A stretch of DNA of 64,000 bases from a bacterium (lineage in GTDB: Bacteria; Patescibacteriota; Minisyncoccia; Phycocordibacterales; Phycocordibacteraceae), in assembly GCA_037200965.1 (NCBI GenBank), contig JBBCGK010000001.1, positions 800,001 to 864,000 of the forward strand, read 5' to 3'. The translations under genes and the position numbers were made by a program. Below, one piece after another: positions 10,171 to 19,540 of this stretch. How positions within the stretch are numbered: the stretch's first letter is position 1; each line of letters begins with the position of its first letter. Below the pieces are notes generated by a model. That model ran no database searches, was not told where the DNA came from, and saw only the letters and a program-made list of their open reading frames with translations.

Positions 10171-11304
10171 TTGCCATCCTGCACAAGTTCAGATACATAT
10201 GGCACTCCTCCTAACTGAGGAGCGATGCGTCAATTCAACATACTGAAGGATACCGAGGGCTGGTTGTATATGCGCGAGCGGAGCATACGCTTCCTGCATA
10301 TGAGGAACAACGACGAGGTGCGGCATCGGGTCAAGGTGCTGGACTTCTGGAAAACGCACGGGGAGCGTGCGGCCAGGGACGCCTTCAGCGTCTCTCGCCG
10401 CACGCTCTTCCGTTGGCAGGCGAAGCTCGACCGCGCGCACGGGAGACTCGACGCGCTCGATCCCAAGTCGACGGCACCGAAGAATCGGAGGAGACGCATC
10501 GTCCTCCCCGAGGTCGAGACGTTCATCCTGAAGGAGCGCGCGGAGCATCCGAGGCTCGGCAAGGCGAAGCTCGCAGCCCTGCTGCGGGAGGACGGGTACC
10601 GGGTATCCGAATCGTATGTCGGGAGGGTCGTCGCGGACCTCAAGAGGAGAGGGCTGCTGCTCCCGCACAAGCCGCTCTCATACTATGCGCGAAGCGGCAC
10701 GTATCGGGAGAAGCCCGTATCGAAGCGCACGAAGCTGCGCAGGCGGCACAAGCGGGGCATGGAGCTCGACACCGTCGTCCGCTTCATCGACGGCGTGAAG
10801 CGGTACGTCCTGACCGCCATCGATGTCGAGAAGAAGTTCGCCTTCGCCGGCGCGTATACCGTCCACTCCTCCGCGTCCGCCGCCGATTTCCTCGCGCGCG
10901 TCATCGCGGTGTGCCCCTTCGACATCACGGAGCTCCAGACCGACAACGGCCCGGAGTTCGCCAAGAACTTCGAGGCGGGGTGCCGCGCCCTCGGCCTCAC
11001 CCACTTCAATACGTTTCCCCGCAGCCCGAAGATGAACGCGTTCGTCGAGCGGTTCAACCGGACGATCTCGGAGGACTGCATCATGCTCAATCGGCCGCTC
11101 CTGCGGGACGACGTCGCGGCATTCAACCTGAAGCTGGTCGACTGGCTGCTCTGGTACAACGCCCGGCGTCCGCACGAGTCCCTGGGACAGGTGCCGCCGC
11201 TCCGGTATATACTCTCCTCATTAACGGCCGAGGAGTGCCAGAGGTACTGGACGCGTACACATCCTTGACAGAATTTAGACCAGGCTGCATTGTGGCGTCG
11301 GCAA
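10171..11304 (+). mobile_element. IS481-family insertion sequence (boundaries tentative)
   Basis: Single rve/DDE transposase ORF. Imperfect inverted repeats TTGCCATCCTGCACAAG (10171-10187) and reverse complement of CTGCATTGTGGCGTCGGCAA (11285-11304) share TTGCC...CACAA cores. Followed by a sharp GC shift. Confidence 0.35.
10225..11268 (+). CDS. IS481-family DDE transposase (N-terminal HTH plus integrase-core rve domain)
   Basis: TAIDVEKK..., LQTDNGPEF, HFNTFPRSPKMNAFVERFNRTI motifs typical of the IS481/IS3 integrase core; 347 aa. Confidence 0.8.
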   Translation: MRQFNILKDTEGWLYMRERSIRFLHMRNNDEVRHRVKVLDFWKTHGERAARDAFSVSRRTLFRWQAKLDRAHGRLDALDPKSTAPKNRRRRIVLPEVETFILKERAEHPRLGKAKLAALLREDGYRVSESYVGRVVADLKRRGLLLPHKPLSYYARSGTYREKPVSKRTKLRRRHKRGMELDTVVRFIDGVKRYVLTAIDVEKKFAFAGAYTVHSSASAADFLARVIAVCPFDITELQTDNGPEFAKNFEAGCRALGLTHFNTFPRSPKMNAFVERFNRTISEDCIMLNRPLLRDDVAAFNLKLVDWLLWYNARRPHESLGQVPPLRYILSSLTAEECQRYWTRTHP

Positions 11305-11355
11305 GCCCTCTTGAGGCCTGTCCCTTGACAGTCGAAAAGAAAGGAGAAATCGAAT

Positions 11356-11616
11356 GTGAAGGACCCCCCTTGTTACAGGGGTATTGTCAGGAACATTCTT
11401 CCTGGCAACGACCCGTACGCCGTCGTTGAATGCGACGGCGTGCCTGACCTCGTTACCGTTTCTCTGGGCGCACAAAGAGGCGTTTGGGAAGACTCAAGCC
11501 TGCCAGTGGTAGGCTCTGCAGTGATCCTCAGCGACGTTCAGTGCGTTCATGGGAAGTGGCGGGCCTACAACGCCCGGTTGTTCAAACCATCAGATGGAAG
11601 AGGAGTCCATGGCTAA
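11356..11616 (+). CDS. Hypothetical small protein (GTG start, strong AAGGAG RBS)
   Basis: 86-aa ORF with AAGGAG 8 nt upstream of GTG; first gene of the high-GC module. Confidence 0.4.
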   Translation: MKDPPCYRGIVRNILPGNDPYAVVECDGVPDLVTVSLGAQRGVWEDSSLPVVGSAVILSDVQCVHGKWRAYNARLFKPSDGRGVHG

Positions 11617-12262
11617 CAAAGGAGTCATGGGGATTCTTGAAAGTATCGGGGCAGTCGAAGTCGTGAATGACGGAGACCCACCCCCACCACCTTCAAGTTT
11701 CCCACCCACCGCAGCGCCAACACCGGTCCTGCAGCCAAGTGTGGCTGTACCGGCTGCCGGCACGGCCGACCAGGGTATGGTCGGTAAAATCCGTGGGGCT
11801 GTCACCAGCCGCACGCATTCGCCTGGATTTGCGATTTTTCTGGCAAATTTCGAGAAGGCAAAACAAGCCTTCCCGAACGACCCTCGAAATGCCGCAGCCG
11901 CAGCGCTTGTCTTTTCTTCGCAGACCTCGCAAGAGATCGGCGCAGAACTGAGTCGCTCTGTGGCGGCATCTCTGGCCGAAGCCGGATCGCAGATCAATGT
12001 CGACATCGCGCAACAGCGCGAGAGGTTGGCAGGCCAGCTCGATGGCGAAGAAAGCAGTCTCGACGGTGAGATTCACCGATTCGAGGCGGATCTCGCCGCC
12101 ATCCAGAAAAAGCTCGACGATGCGAAAGGCGCGAAAGCGCAGATCGCGAGTCGTCGTGCTGATGGCAGGGCAGCCATCGACTCTCGTCTCGCAACGGCAC
12201 TCGCCAGTCTGGCAGTCGTTCGTGACGAGATCGCAACCATCAAATCAATATTGCCGTCGTAA
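11609..12262 (+). CDS. Hypothetical coiled-coil protein with Pro-rich linker
   Basis: MANKGVMGILESIGAVEV..., PPPPPSSFPP linker, C-terminal heptad-like Ala/Gln/Arg-rich region. GGAG RBS; overlaps the upstream gene by 8 nt. Confidence 0.45.
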   Translation: MANKGVMGILESIGAVEVVNDGDPPPPPSSFPPTAAPTPVLQPSVAVPAAGTADQGMVGKIRGAVTSRTHSPGFAIFLANFEKAKQAFPNDPRNAAAAALVFSSQTSQEIGAELSRSVAASLAEAGSQINVDIAQQRERLAGQLDGEESSLDGEIHRFEADLAAIQKKLDDAKGAKAQIASRRADGRAAIDSRLATALASLAVVRDEIATIKSILPS

Positions 12263-12294
12263 CCCGGCGGCTAGGAGAAAAGGATCAAAGGAAA

Positions 12295-13326
12295 ATGGCT
12301 CAACAGTCGAACATGAATGACTTCTTCGACCAGCTCCCGACTCCCCCACGGGAGAAGGCGATACGCTGGGGGTTCTATGCCGGTGTGAGCTTGCTCGCGC
12401 TTGGCGTGGGACTCAAGATCATGCCTCCTGTCAACAATCTGCTCGACATGATGCTTCATGGCGCGTGGACTCTCGGCGAGATCGGTCTGGTCGGCGCCAG
12501 CATCGCAGTCGGCACAGTGGCTTTTACCAGCCTCTGGCCGTCGTACCGTCGCTTCATGGAAAGTGTCGCGCGGCGCACAACCGTCGCGATCTATGGCGAC
12601 GATCCGATCACGCCGCTCCACATGTGGCTCGCGGAAGTGAGCTCGGATTGCGAACAGATCGAAGCAGCGCAAAGTGAAGTCAGCGGCATCATCGAGGAGA
12701 ACAAGAAGGCCGCCTCTGACAATCTGACGCTGCTTGCGCAATCCGATGCCAGGTTTGCTTTCGCGGTACGGAAGCACGGCGAAGAGAGTGACCAAGCCAG
12801 AAACGCCTCCGCGGAATCTGGTGGCTACAAAGATCGGGCCGAAAATGCAGACCGCATCAACGTCCCGCTCATTGAGCTTTATGAACTGCTTGATGAGATC
12901 GCGAAAGCGAATCGTCATGTCGAGCATGAAGCCAAAATCGCCATCGAGACAGCGGAGCAGGAATGGCGTGCCGCCCTCAAGGCAGAGATTGCCATGGGCG
13001 CGGCGACTCGCACTCTCAACAAGCGCAGTGAGCGGTATGTCAACGCCACCCTGGCGTTCGGCATCATCCGCCAGAAGTACGCCGGCAACTTCGGCAAGCT
13101 TCGTTCGCTGCGTCGCCTATCGGAGCAGGCCATCAATTCGGCGGCTCTGGAAGGAGGTGTCAAACTGCAGGAATCGCTTGCCCGCCTCCGTGCGGAAAGC
13201 AAGTCGCTTCTCGGTCACGCCCCCGCGCTTGCCGTCCCGGATTTCTCCGGAAAGGGCAGGCAGAAGGTTCCGGTTCCAGCTGGTTCCGGGCCCGCGTCCC
13301 TTCGTCTGTTCGACGAAGAGAAGTGA
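12295..13326 (+). CDS. Hypothetical membrane protein (2 N-terminal TM helices plus long coiled-coil)
   Basis: Two hydrophobic helices in residues about 20-80, then an extended charged helical region. Confidence 0.5.
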   Translation: MAQQSNMNDFFDQLPTPPREKAIRWGFYAGVSLLALGVGLKIMPPVNNLLDMMLHGAWTLGEIGLVGASIAVGTVAFTSLWPSYRRFMESVARRTTVAIYGDDPITPLHMWLAEVSSDCEQIEAAQSEVSGIIEENKKAASDNLTLLAQSDARFAFAVRKHGEESDQARNASAESGGYKDRAENADRINVPLIELYELLDEIAKANRHVEHEAKIAIETAEQEWRAALKAEIAMGAATRTLNKRSERYVNATLAFGIIRQKYAGNFGKLRSLRRLSEQAINSAALEGGVKLQESLARLRAESKSLLGHAPALAVPDFSGKGRQKVPVPAGSGPASLRLFDEEK

Positions 13327-13369
13327 AATAACGCGTAACTCAGGAAAACAGTAACCAAGGAGAAAAGAA

Positions 13370-14926
13370 GTGGAACACCAGATTACCCTCAAAGGAAGAA
13401 TCTACCTCGGACTCGGAATCGCTGCGCTAGCGGTAATTCTGATCTGGGTCCTTCAGAACTTCATCCCGACCTCGTGGAAGGATGCAGTCACCGAGACAGT
13501 CGCGCCGGGCGGAAGCCCGACGACGCTTTCCAGTGACGGTTCGGACGTGATCAACGTCTGTGTCGTCACCTGGGGTGGCTACGTGGGTGGCGAGTACTTC
13601 AACGGCGGCTTCAAGCCGTCGGAGCAGTCCCGCTACTACAAGCAATACGGCCTGAAGGTCAAGTTCCAGATCATGGACGAGTTCGTTCCCTCGCGGGATG
13701 CGTGGAAGTCCGACAAGTGTCATCTTCTCTGGGCGACCGTCGACGCCTTCACCACGGAGGCGGCGAACCTCCAGAGAGCGGGGTACGACCCCCGGTTTGT
13801 CTTCCAGGCGGACTGGTCGCGCGGCGGCGATGCTATCGTCGTCGGCCCCGGCATCAATTCGATGCGGGACCTGCGTGGCAGGACGATTGCGGTGGCCTAC
13901 GGGACACCGTCACACACGTTCTTGCTGCGCATGCTCGAATCGGCAAACATGCAGAAAGGAGACGTCACCCTTATCGATACCGGAAGCGCTATCGATGCGG
14001 CCAAGGCGTTCCAGACGCGCAGCGCAGATGCGGCTGTGGTCTGGTCTCCGGATGACGTGGCCAGTGTCAGGGCGATTCCTGGCGCCAAGGTCCTCGTCAG
14101 TTCCAAGCAGGCATCGCACATCATCGCCGATGGCTTCTTCGCGAAGGAGGAATACATCGCGGCACACCGTGAACAACTCCAGCACCTCATCGAAGGCTGG
14201 ATGATCGGTGCCGCCGAGATCAACTCCGATCCCGCGGCGAAGCAGAAGGCTGCAACCATCCTGGCCGACGGTCTCAATCTGTCGGTCGACGATGCTCTGG
14301 CAGCCATCAACAACGTCCGGCTCACCACGTTCGGTGACAACCTGGCGTTCTTCGGCCTCGACAGCAGCTATACCGGCATGACTGGTGAACGGCTCTTCCG
14401 CGACAGCGGCGCGCTGTACCAGAAGAACGGGTACGCAAATCTGGTGCCGAGCGTGCCGGACTGGCGTACGGTCATCGACCTGAGCCTGCTGCGTAACATC
14501 AGCCTGACGGGCCCGGAACATGCGGCCGAAAGCACGGTTCGTTTTGCCGTGCCGACGACCGCAGATGTCAAGGCCAATGCCTTCTCGTCGAAGGCGCTGT
14601 CGGTCCAGTTCTCAATCGGGTCCGCAGTGCTGACTGACGAGGCGAAGGCGAACATCGCGACCAACTTCGTGCCGACGGCACAGTCGTTCGCGAATGCGCG
14701 CATTCGTATCGAAGGCAACACCGACAGCACGGGCAGCCGTGCGATCAATGTCGATCTGTCCCGCCGGCGTGCCCAGGCAGTCGCAGACTACCTGGGCAGC
14801 TTCGGTTTCGATCCCAACCGCTTCATCGTGGCGGGGAACGGGCCGGACAAGCCAGCATGTGGTACGAGCGATGCCGGGTGCCTGGCACAGAATCGTCGTA
14901 CCGACTTCGAGCTGCTGAACAACTAG
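13370..14926 (+). CDS. Membrane-anchored ABC substrate-binding protein (NitT/TauT/SsuA-like) fused to a C-terminal OmpA-like peptidoglycan-binding domain
   Basis: N-terminal TM helix; SBP body (VVTWGGY..., TIAVAYGTPSHTFLL); C-terminal NTDSTGSRAINVDLSRRRAQAVADYLG...RRTDFELL OmpA_C-like motif. GTG start with AAGGAG RBS. Confidence 0.65.
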   Translation: MEHQITLKGRIYLGLGIAALAVILIWVLQNFIPTSWKDAVTETVAPGGSPTTLSSDGSDVINVCVVTWGGYVGGEYFNGGFKPSEQSRYYKQYGLKVKFQIMDEFVPSRDAWKSDKCHLLWATVDAFTTEAANLQRAGYDPRFVFQADWSRGGDAIVVGPGINSMRDLRGRTIAVAYGTPSHTFLLRMLESANMQKGDVTLIDTGSAIDAAKAFQTRSADAAVVWSPDDVASVRAIPGAKVLVSSKQASHIIADGFFAKEEYIAAHREQLQHLIEGWMIGAAEINSDPAAKQKAATILADGLNLSVDDALAAINNVRLTTFGDNLAFFGLDSSYTGMTGERLFRDSGALYQKNGYANLVPSVPDWRTVIDLSLLRNISLTGPEHAAESTVRFAVPTTADVKANAFSSKALSVQFSIGSAVLTDEAKANIATNFVPTAQSFANARIRIEGNTDSTGSRAINVDLSRRRAQAVADYLGSFGFDPNRFIVAGNGPDKPACGTSDAGCLAQNRRTDFELLNN

Positions 14927-15004
14927 ACGCAGCTTGAATAGCTTGAGCCTTGGGGGAGGTGGTCGAGAGATCACCTCCCCTTTCTGTTAGAGGAGACAAA
15001 GGGT

Positions 15005-15811
15005 ATGCAAGAGAGGCTGACGAATTTGTTCGAGTTGCGCGGTAACGCGTCGGCTCGGCAAAATACGTTGCTTGGCATCGTGGGAGTGTCCCTCTGGTTG
15101 TTCTCATGGTGGCTCTTCGCCACCCTCGGGATTCTGCCGCGGCAGATTGCTCCCGGACCGTTTGAGGTCCTCGGGGTGGTACCGGACATGCACTTCCATG
15201 ACATGCTTGTGCGCAATGTCTGGTTTAGCTTCGAGATGAATCTCCTGGCGACCTTCATTGCGATCGTGATCAGTGTACCCATGGGGCTGGCGCTGGGCCT
15301 GCTGCCGTTCTTCCGCGGCATGTCCACGCCATTCTTCGTCGGGCTGCGCTTTCTGCCGCTGCCAGTGGCCACGATCCTGTTCATGGCGTGGCTGGGTATC
15401 GGCTACACCATGAAAACGGCCTTCCTCACGGTGGCCATTGCCGTCTATCTGGTGCCAACCGTGATCCAGCGGGTCGACGAAGTGCGTCAAGTCTATGTCG
15501 ACACGGTGCGGACACTCGGCGCGAATGAATGGCAGCTGGTCCGCTACGTCTATCTTCCCGATGTGTTCTCGCGCGTCTGGGACGATATCGTGATCCTGGT
15601 CGGTCTCTCGTGGACCTACATCAGTTTCATCGAGCTCATCAACAAAGGCGAGGGCGGCATCGGCGCGCTGATCTATTCGGCTCAACGCACCCATAGCATG
15701 GAGAAGTACTATGCACTCCTGCTGATCATTATGTTCGTGGCGTTCATCCAGACAGCCATCTTCAAACTGATCGGCCGGGTGCTCTTCCCCTATAAGCGCA
15801 TCGGAGGCTAG
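15005..15811 (+). CDS. ABC transporter permease (NitT/TauT family)
   Basis: Six predicted TM helices, an EAA-like loop, and translational coupling to the ATPase. Confidence 0.8.
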   Translation: MQERLTNLFELRGNASARQNTLLGIVGVSLWLFSWWLFATLGILPRQIAPGPFEVLGVVPDMHFHDMLVRNVWFSFEMNLLATFIAIVISVPMGLALGLLPFFRGMSTPFFVGLRFLPLPVATILFMAWLGIGYTMKTAFLTVAIAVYLVPTVIQRVDEVRQVYVDTVRTLGANEWQLVRYVYLPDVFSRVWDDIVILVGLSWTYISFIELINKGEGGIGALIYSAQRTHSMEKYYALLLIIMFVAFIQTAIFKLIGRVLFPYKRIGG

Positions 15812-15813
15812 CC

Positions 15814-16617
15814 ATGACTGGTGTGGAATTCGTCAACACCGACCTCCCCGATATCATCGAATTGCGGGGGGTTACCCAGCGCTATGGGCAGAGGACGGTT
15901 CTGGACGGACTCAACCTGCTCATTGAAGACAAACCCGATCAGGGCCAGTTCGTAGTCCTGCTCGGCATCTCCGGCTCCGGCAAGTCAACGATCTTCCGCT
16001 ATCTCAATGGTCTGCAGACGCCGACCAGCGGGGCGGTGCTGATCAAGGGCAAGCCGGTGTCAGAGTATGGTGCGGTCAGTACGGTATTCCAGGACTATTC
16101 GTCCTTGCCGTGGCGGACCGTGCTTCAAAACGTCGAACTTCCGCTCGTCTTCAAAAGCGTGAAGAAGAGGGAACGGCGTGAGCGGGCGCTCGAGATAATC
16201 GCCCGTGTGGGACTTAAGGGTCACGAGCATAAATACGCTCGTACCCCGACGCTCTCCGGCGGCCAGCTGCAGCGGGTCGCTATCGCGAGAAGCTTGATTG
16301 CAAATCCGGAGATCATCCTGATGGATGAACCTTTCGGCGCGCTTGACGGCATCACCCGCTTCGAAATGCAGCAGCTGCTCGCTGATCTGTGGAAGACTTC
16401 GCAGTCGACCATCGTCTTCGTCACGCATGACCAGCAAGAAGCGGTCTTCCTGGGCGACGACATCTATGTGCTGGATCCGCGGATCGGCAAGATCGGTTCG
16501 CGTATCCGTGTGGATCTTCCGCTCGTGCGGGACCTTTCCACCAAACGTGACCCGCGCTTCATGCAGCTGGTCACCGAGGTAGATATGGCTCTGATGGAGA
16601 CCAGTCTGCCGCGCTAA
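15814..16617 (+). CDS. ABC transporter ATP-binding protein
   Basis: Walker [10 protein letters not shown], signature [15 protein letters not shown], Walker [12 protein letters not shown]. Confidence 0.85.
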   Translation: MTGVEFVNTDLPDIIELRGVTQRYGQRTVLDGLNLLIEDKPDQGQFVVLLGISGSGKSTIFRYLNGLQTPTSGAVLIKGKPVSEYGAVSTVFQDYSSLPWRTVLQNVELPLVFKSVKKRERRERALEIIARVGLKGHEHKYARTPTLSGGQLQRVAIARSLIANPEIILMDEPFGALDGITRFEMQQLLADLWKTSQSTIVFVTHDQQEAVFLGDDIYVLDPRIGKIGSRIRVDLPLVRDLSTKRDPRFMQLVTEVDMALMETSLPR

Positions 16618-16647
16618 GAATTGTTATTTCTACTGCACCTTCAGAAG

Positions 16648-16676
16648 GCGGAGCCGCAAGCTCCGCTTTTCTTTTT
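16648..16676 (+). terminator. Rho-independent terminator after the ABC operon
   Basis: GCGGAGC-cgcaa-GCTCCGC hairpin followed by TTTTCTTTTT. Confidence 0.5.
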
Positions 16677-16882
16677 ATATTGTTCCCTAACTTTCCTGCA
16701 CACAGCCGAGAGGACCTCGTTCCTTGGAGGCGGGTATTGGGGTTTGGGTCCCTGTCGGGCAGCCAAATCATGCGAGGTTGCTGCGCTCGAGACGCGCTGT
16801 TTTTAGCTAATTCGATTTGCCAAATAAAGTAAGAAAAGGTCTGGGAGCTTTTAGTTCTAACAAGAAATGGTAATCCAAACTC

Positions 16883-17212
16883 TTATACGGACAGGAATTT
16901 TGCTATATTAAATTTCTCATTCTGATTAAGCGCTGAGTCCAGGAAAGTAAAGGCTTCGTTATGCTTTATAATCGCCGCTGCAATTACCTTCTGTAATTCA
17001 TTAAGAATTTCTGCTGGCAAGTGTCCAATCTTACGATATTTTTCTAGAAGCTGCTTTTCGCTTACATATGCTCGTGTAGGATTATAAAACCAGCCACGAT
17101 TATCTGTATATTCTATATAATAACAACCACCAGTACTATCCTTTGTCGTGATTATACGGGACTCGCCAAACTCACTTCGAACCACATCTCCTACCAAAAG
17201 TTCTTTCTTCAT
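16883..17212 (-). CDS. Hypothetical protein in AT-rich (about 36% GC) orphan segment
   Basis: 109-aa ORF; strong compositional contrast with flanking 60% GC DNA. Confidence 0.45.
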   Translation of the reverse strand: MKKELLVGDVVRSEFGESRIITTKDSTGGCYYIEYTDNRGWFYNPTRAYVSEKQLLEKYRKIGHLPAEILNELQKVIAAAIIKHNEAFTFLDSALNQNEKFNIAKFLSV

Positions 17213-17411
17213 ATGATTATCTTGATTAGAATTCTATTCCTTTAAATTCTCTTTGCAATGGCTCTGGATAGTGCACGAGACGCGTCGTTTGGATAGTGTA
17301 AATGGAGTCAATCCGACTAAACGGGGCTTAACCATCCACGGTTCTAACACGAGACGGCCAGTCCGTAACTTCTAAGGCCCGTTCACAGTTAGATGTACTA
17401 TAACCGCAACT

Positions 17412-17669
17412 ATGCCTTTCAAATCAAAATGGGGCTCATACCTTGCCTTGGGCGTAACCGCTCTCCTGCTGTCTCGCGGAATGTTTGCCGCTTTCAACGA
17501 TCCTGAGGGCCCGAATCTGCTTATTGTCGTAGGGATGGCAGCGATCATATATTCCTTATCGCTCACGGTATACGCGTTCGGCTCTCCTGCTGCTGATCTC
17601 AAGAAACTCCTGTCAGCGGTTCTTATTCAAATGCTTCTGGTTATAAGTCTCTATGTTCTGTTGGGCTAG
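17412..17669 (+). CDS. Small hypothetical membrane protein (2-3 TM)
   Basis: 85 aa, almost entirely hydrophobic helices. Confidence 0.4.
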   Translation: MPFKSKWGSYLALGVTALLLSRGMFAAFNDPEGPNLLIVVGMAAIIYSLSLTVYAFGSPAADLKKLLSAVLIQMLLVISLYVLLG

Positions 17670-17746
17670 AGTCCTGACATTGTTCCAAACAGCCGCCTAA
17701 GCCATTTCTCCCGCTTACCATGCAACTTACTTTCGAAAGGTTCGAC

Positions 17747-18181
17747 ATGGCAACCGAGGAAAACGAATACCTGGAGCTTATCGACGACAACCTACGCGTC
17801 ATCCGGGGAACGTTCGTACACTTCTTTTTGAGGAACGGCGAGAAAAAGCGGCTCCGGAAGTTCCTGCGAGGCTCCGCGCTGCTCACTATCAAGGTGAATG
17901 GGGAATTGGCTGGATTCATCGCGTACACCCTTATCAACAACGGGTCAACGGCATACATCGAACGGTTCAACCTGAAAGCGCGGTTTAGAGGACAGGGTTT
18001 CGGAACCCGAACGCTTGAATTCGTGGAAACTAAAGCGAGAGAGTCCGGATGCTCAAGACTGGAGCTCGCCGTGCAAGCCAGCAATCCGGCGCTTCGGTTA
18101 TATAAGAGATTCGGCTTTAAGGAAACCGGATTTTTCCGCGGGGTGTGCTGGTGGATATACAATATGAGAAAGGAGCTTTGA
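17747..18181 (+). CDS. GNAT family N-acetyltransferase
   Basis: RFRGQGFGTRTLEFVE acetyl-CoA-binding motif. ATG 17747 has an AAAGG RBS; the ORF is open from 17720. Confidence 0.7.
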   Translation: MATEENEYLELIDDNLRVIRGTFVHFFLRNGEKKRLRKFLRGSALLTIKVNGELAGFIAYTLINNGSTAYIERFNLKARFRGQGFGTRTLEFVETKARESGCSRLELAVQASNPALRLYKRFGFKETGFFRGVCWWIYNMRKEL

Positions 18182-18271
18182 TCAGGCGATCTCACGCTAT
18201 CAGCACCGGAAAACAAAAACAGTGCAGGTCCGGGCTGGACCTGCACTGCTCTGCACTTGCGCGGAGGATGT

Positions 18272-18736
18272 TTACGGTTTGATCATTTCGTACAGTTCCA
18301 TGACTTGCCGATGGCGTTGCGGCGTGCCGTCGTCAAGCAGCAAGCGCGGACCTCTCCATGGGTCTCCGCCACCGTTGTCGAGTTGGATAGCGTTCATCAG
18401 GCCGACTGGCTCAAAGAGCGGCAACACCAAGATCATGCTGCTGCCTCCGAACGGGCTTCCGACCGTGGCTACCGCCATAGGCTGCCACTCCCTGAGAGGA
18501 AAGGGGAACCACCCGATGGCGGTGATATCCAGAAAATGCCGGGTTTTCCAGCCGTTGACGACCGCCTTCACGTCCAGGTATTTCCCGAGCGGAAGCGCGT
18601 TTTCGACAAGCTCCCGATCCGCCGCGGAAGGGTTGGCATGCATTCGTTTGGTGGCTGCGGCAACGGCCTCGCTATGAGCAGCCATCAATTCGTAGGCCCG
18701 CGGGCCGAACGGGTCGGCCGGATATGAAGTTTTCAT
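18272..18736 (-). CDS. Hypothetical protein (possibly DinB/four-helix-bundle-like)
   Basis: 154-aa ORF with good coding signal; no confident motif. Confidence 0.4.
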   Translation of the reverse strand: MKTSYPADPFGPRAYELMAAHSEAVAAATKRMHANPSAADRELVENALPLGKYLDVKAVVNGWKTRHFLDITAIGWFPFPLREWQPMAVATVGSPFGGSSMILVLPLFEPVGLMNAIQLDNGGGDPWRGPRLLLDDGTPQRHRQVMELYEMIKP

Positions 18737-18961
18737 GGGAACAGTTCCTTCTAGGGTGCCGAACCGCAGGATACCTTATTTTATTGCGTAATCAAATTCT
18801 ACCGAGCCCGCTTATGCACCCGCTAAAGACGCATGACGTACTAAAAGGCTATTTGCCGGATTCGATATCCCGAACGGCACCACTTTAACTTTCCTTTAAG
18901 TCGCCCCTGCTATAAGGGAAGGGCCTCTTAAAGACGCCGTTATCCCTAATCCTCCTGGCAC

Positions 18962-19540
18962 ATGGAATCAAAAACGACTCCGGATTTCCGCAGCATATTC
19001 GAATCCCTCCCCGAAAACTATCTCATCCTGCTGCCCGACACGCCCCATTTCACCATCGTCGCGGTAAGCGACGCGTACGCGAAAGCCACAAAGACGGTGC
19101 GCGAGCAGATTCTGGGGAAGGGCCTGTTTGAGGTTTTTCCGGATAATCCGAACGACCCGAAAGCGACCGGCGTCGCGAACCTCACGGCCTCCCTCAACCG
19201 CGTGCTCGTCAACAGGACGATCGATTTCATGGCGATACAGAAATACGACATTCCGCGCCCGGAACGGGGGCCGGGAGTCTTCGAGGAGCGCTATTGGAGT
19301 CCTGATAATTCCCCCATATGCGGCGAGGACGGCTCCGTCACGTATATCATCCATCACGTCACTGACGTCACGGAGCAGGAAATGCTCCTTCGCATGTACG
19401 GAGGGAGCCAGACCGACGGGAAAGAGGCGGGCGCGGGACATATCACGCAGGTGAAGAGGATGGAAAAGATCATGATCGAGCGCGAGGTGAAAATGTCGGA
19501 ACTCAAGAAAGAGATCGAGGCGCTCAAAGGAAAGCAATGA
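18962..19540 (+). CDS. Stand-alone PAS-domain protein with C-terminal coiled-coil
   Basis: PAS-like fold signature in residues about 10-120; overlaps the downstream kinase start by 4 nt (ATGA). Confidence 0.6.
   Translation: MESKTTPDFRSIFESLPENYLILLPDTPHFTIVAVSDAYAKATKTVREQILGKGLFEVFPDNPNDPKATGVANLTASLNRVLVNRTIDFMAIQKYDIPRPERGPGVFEERYWSPDNSPICGEDGSVTYIIHHVTDVTEQEMLLRMYGGSQTDGKEAGAGHITQVKRMEKIMIEREVKMSELKKEIEALKGKQ

Noticed and set aside
10413-11429. 338-aa plus-strand ORF overlapping the IS481 transposase in another frame
   Set aside because: Arg/Pro/Ala-rich alternative-frame translation; the transposase frame carries the rve motifs.
1243-17400. Direct repeat of the tRNA-Gln 3' end marking the far boundary of the island
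   Set aside because: I scanned for copies of GGTTCGAATCCTAGTCTGGCAGCCA or shorter cores and found no convincing match, so the right boundary of the island cannot be set from attachment-site repeats.
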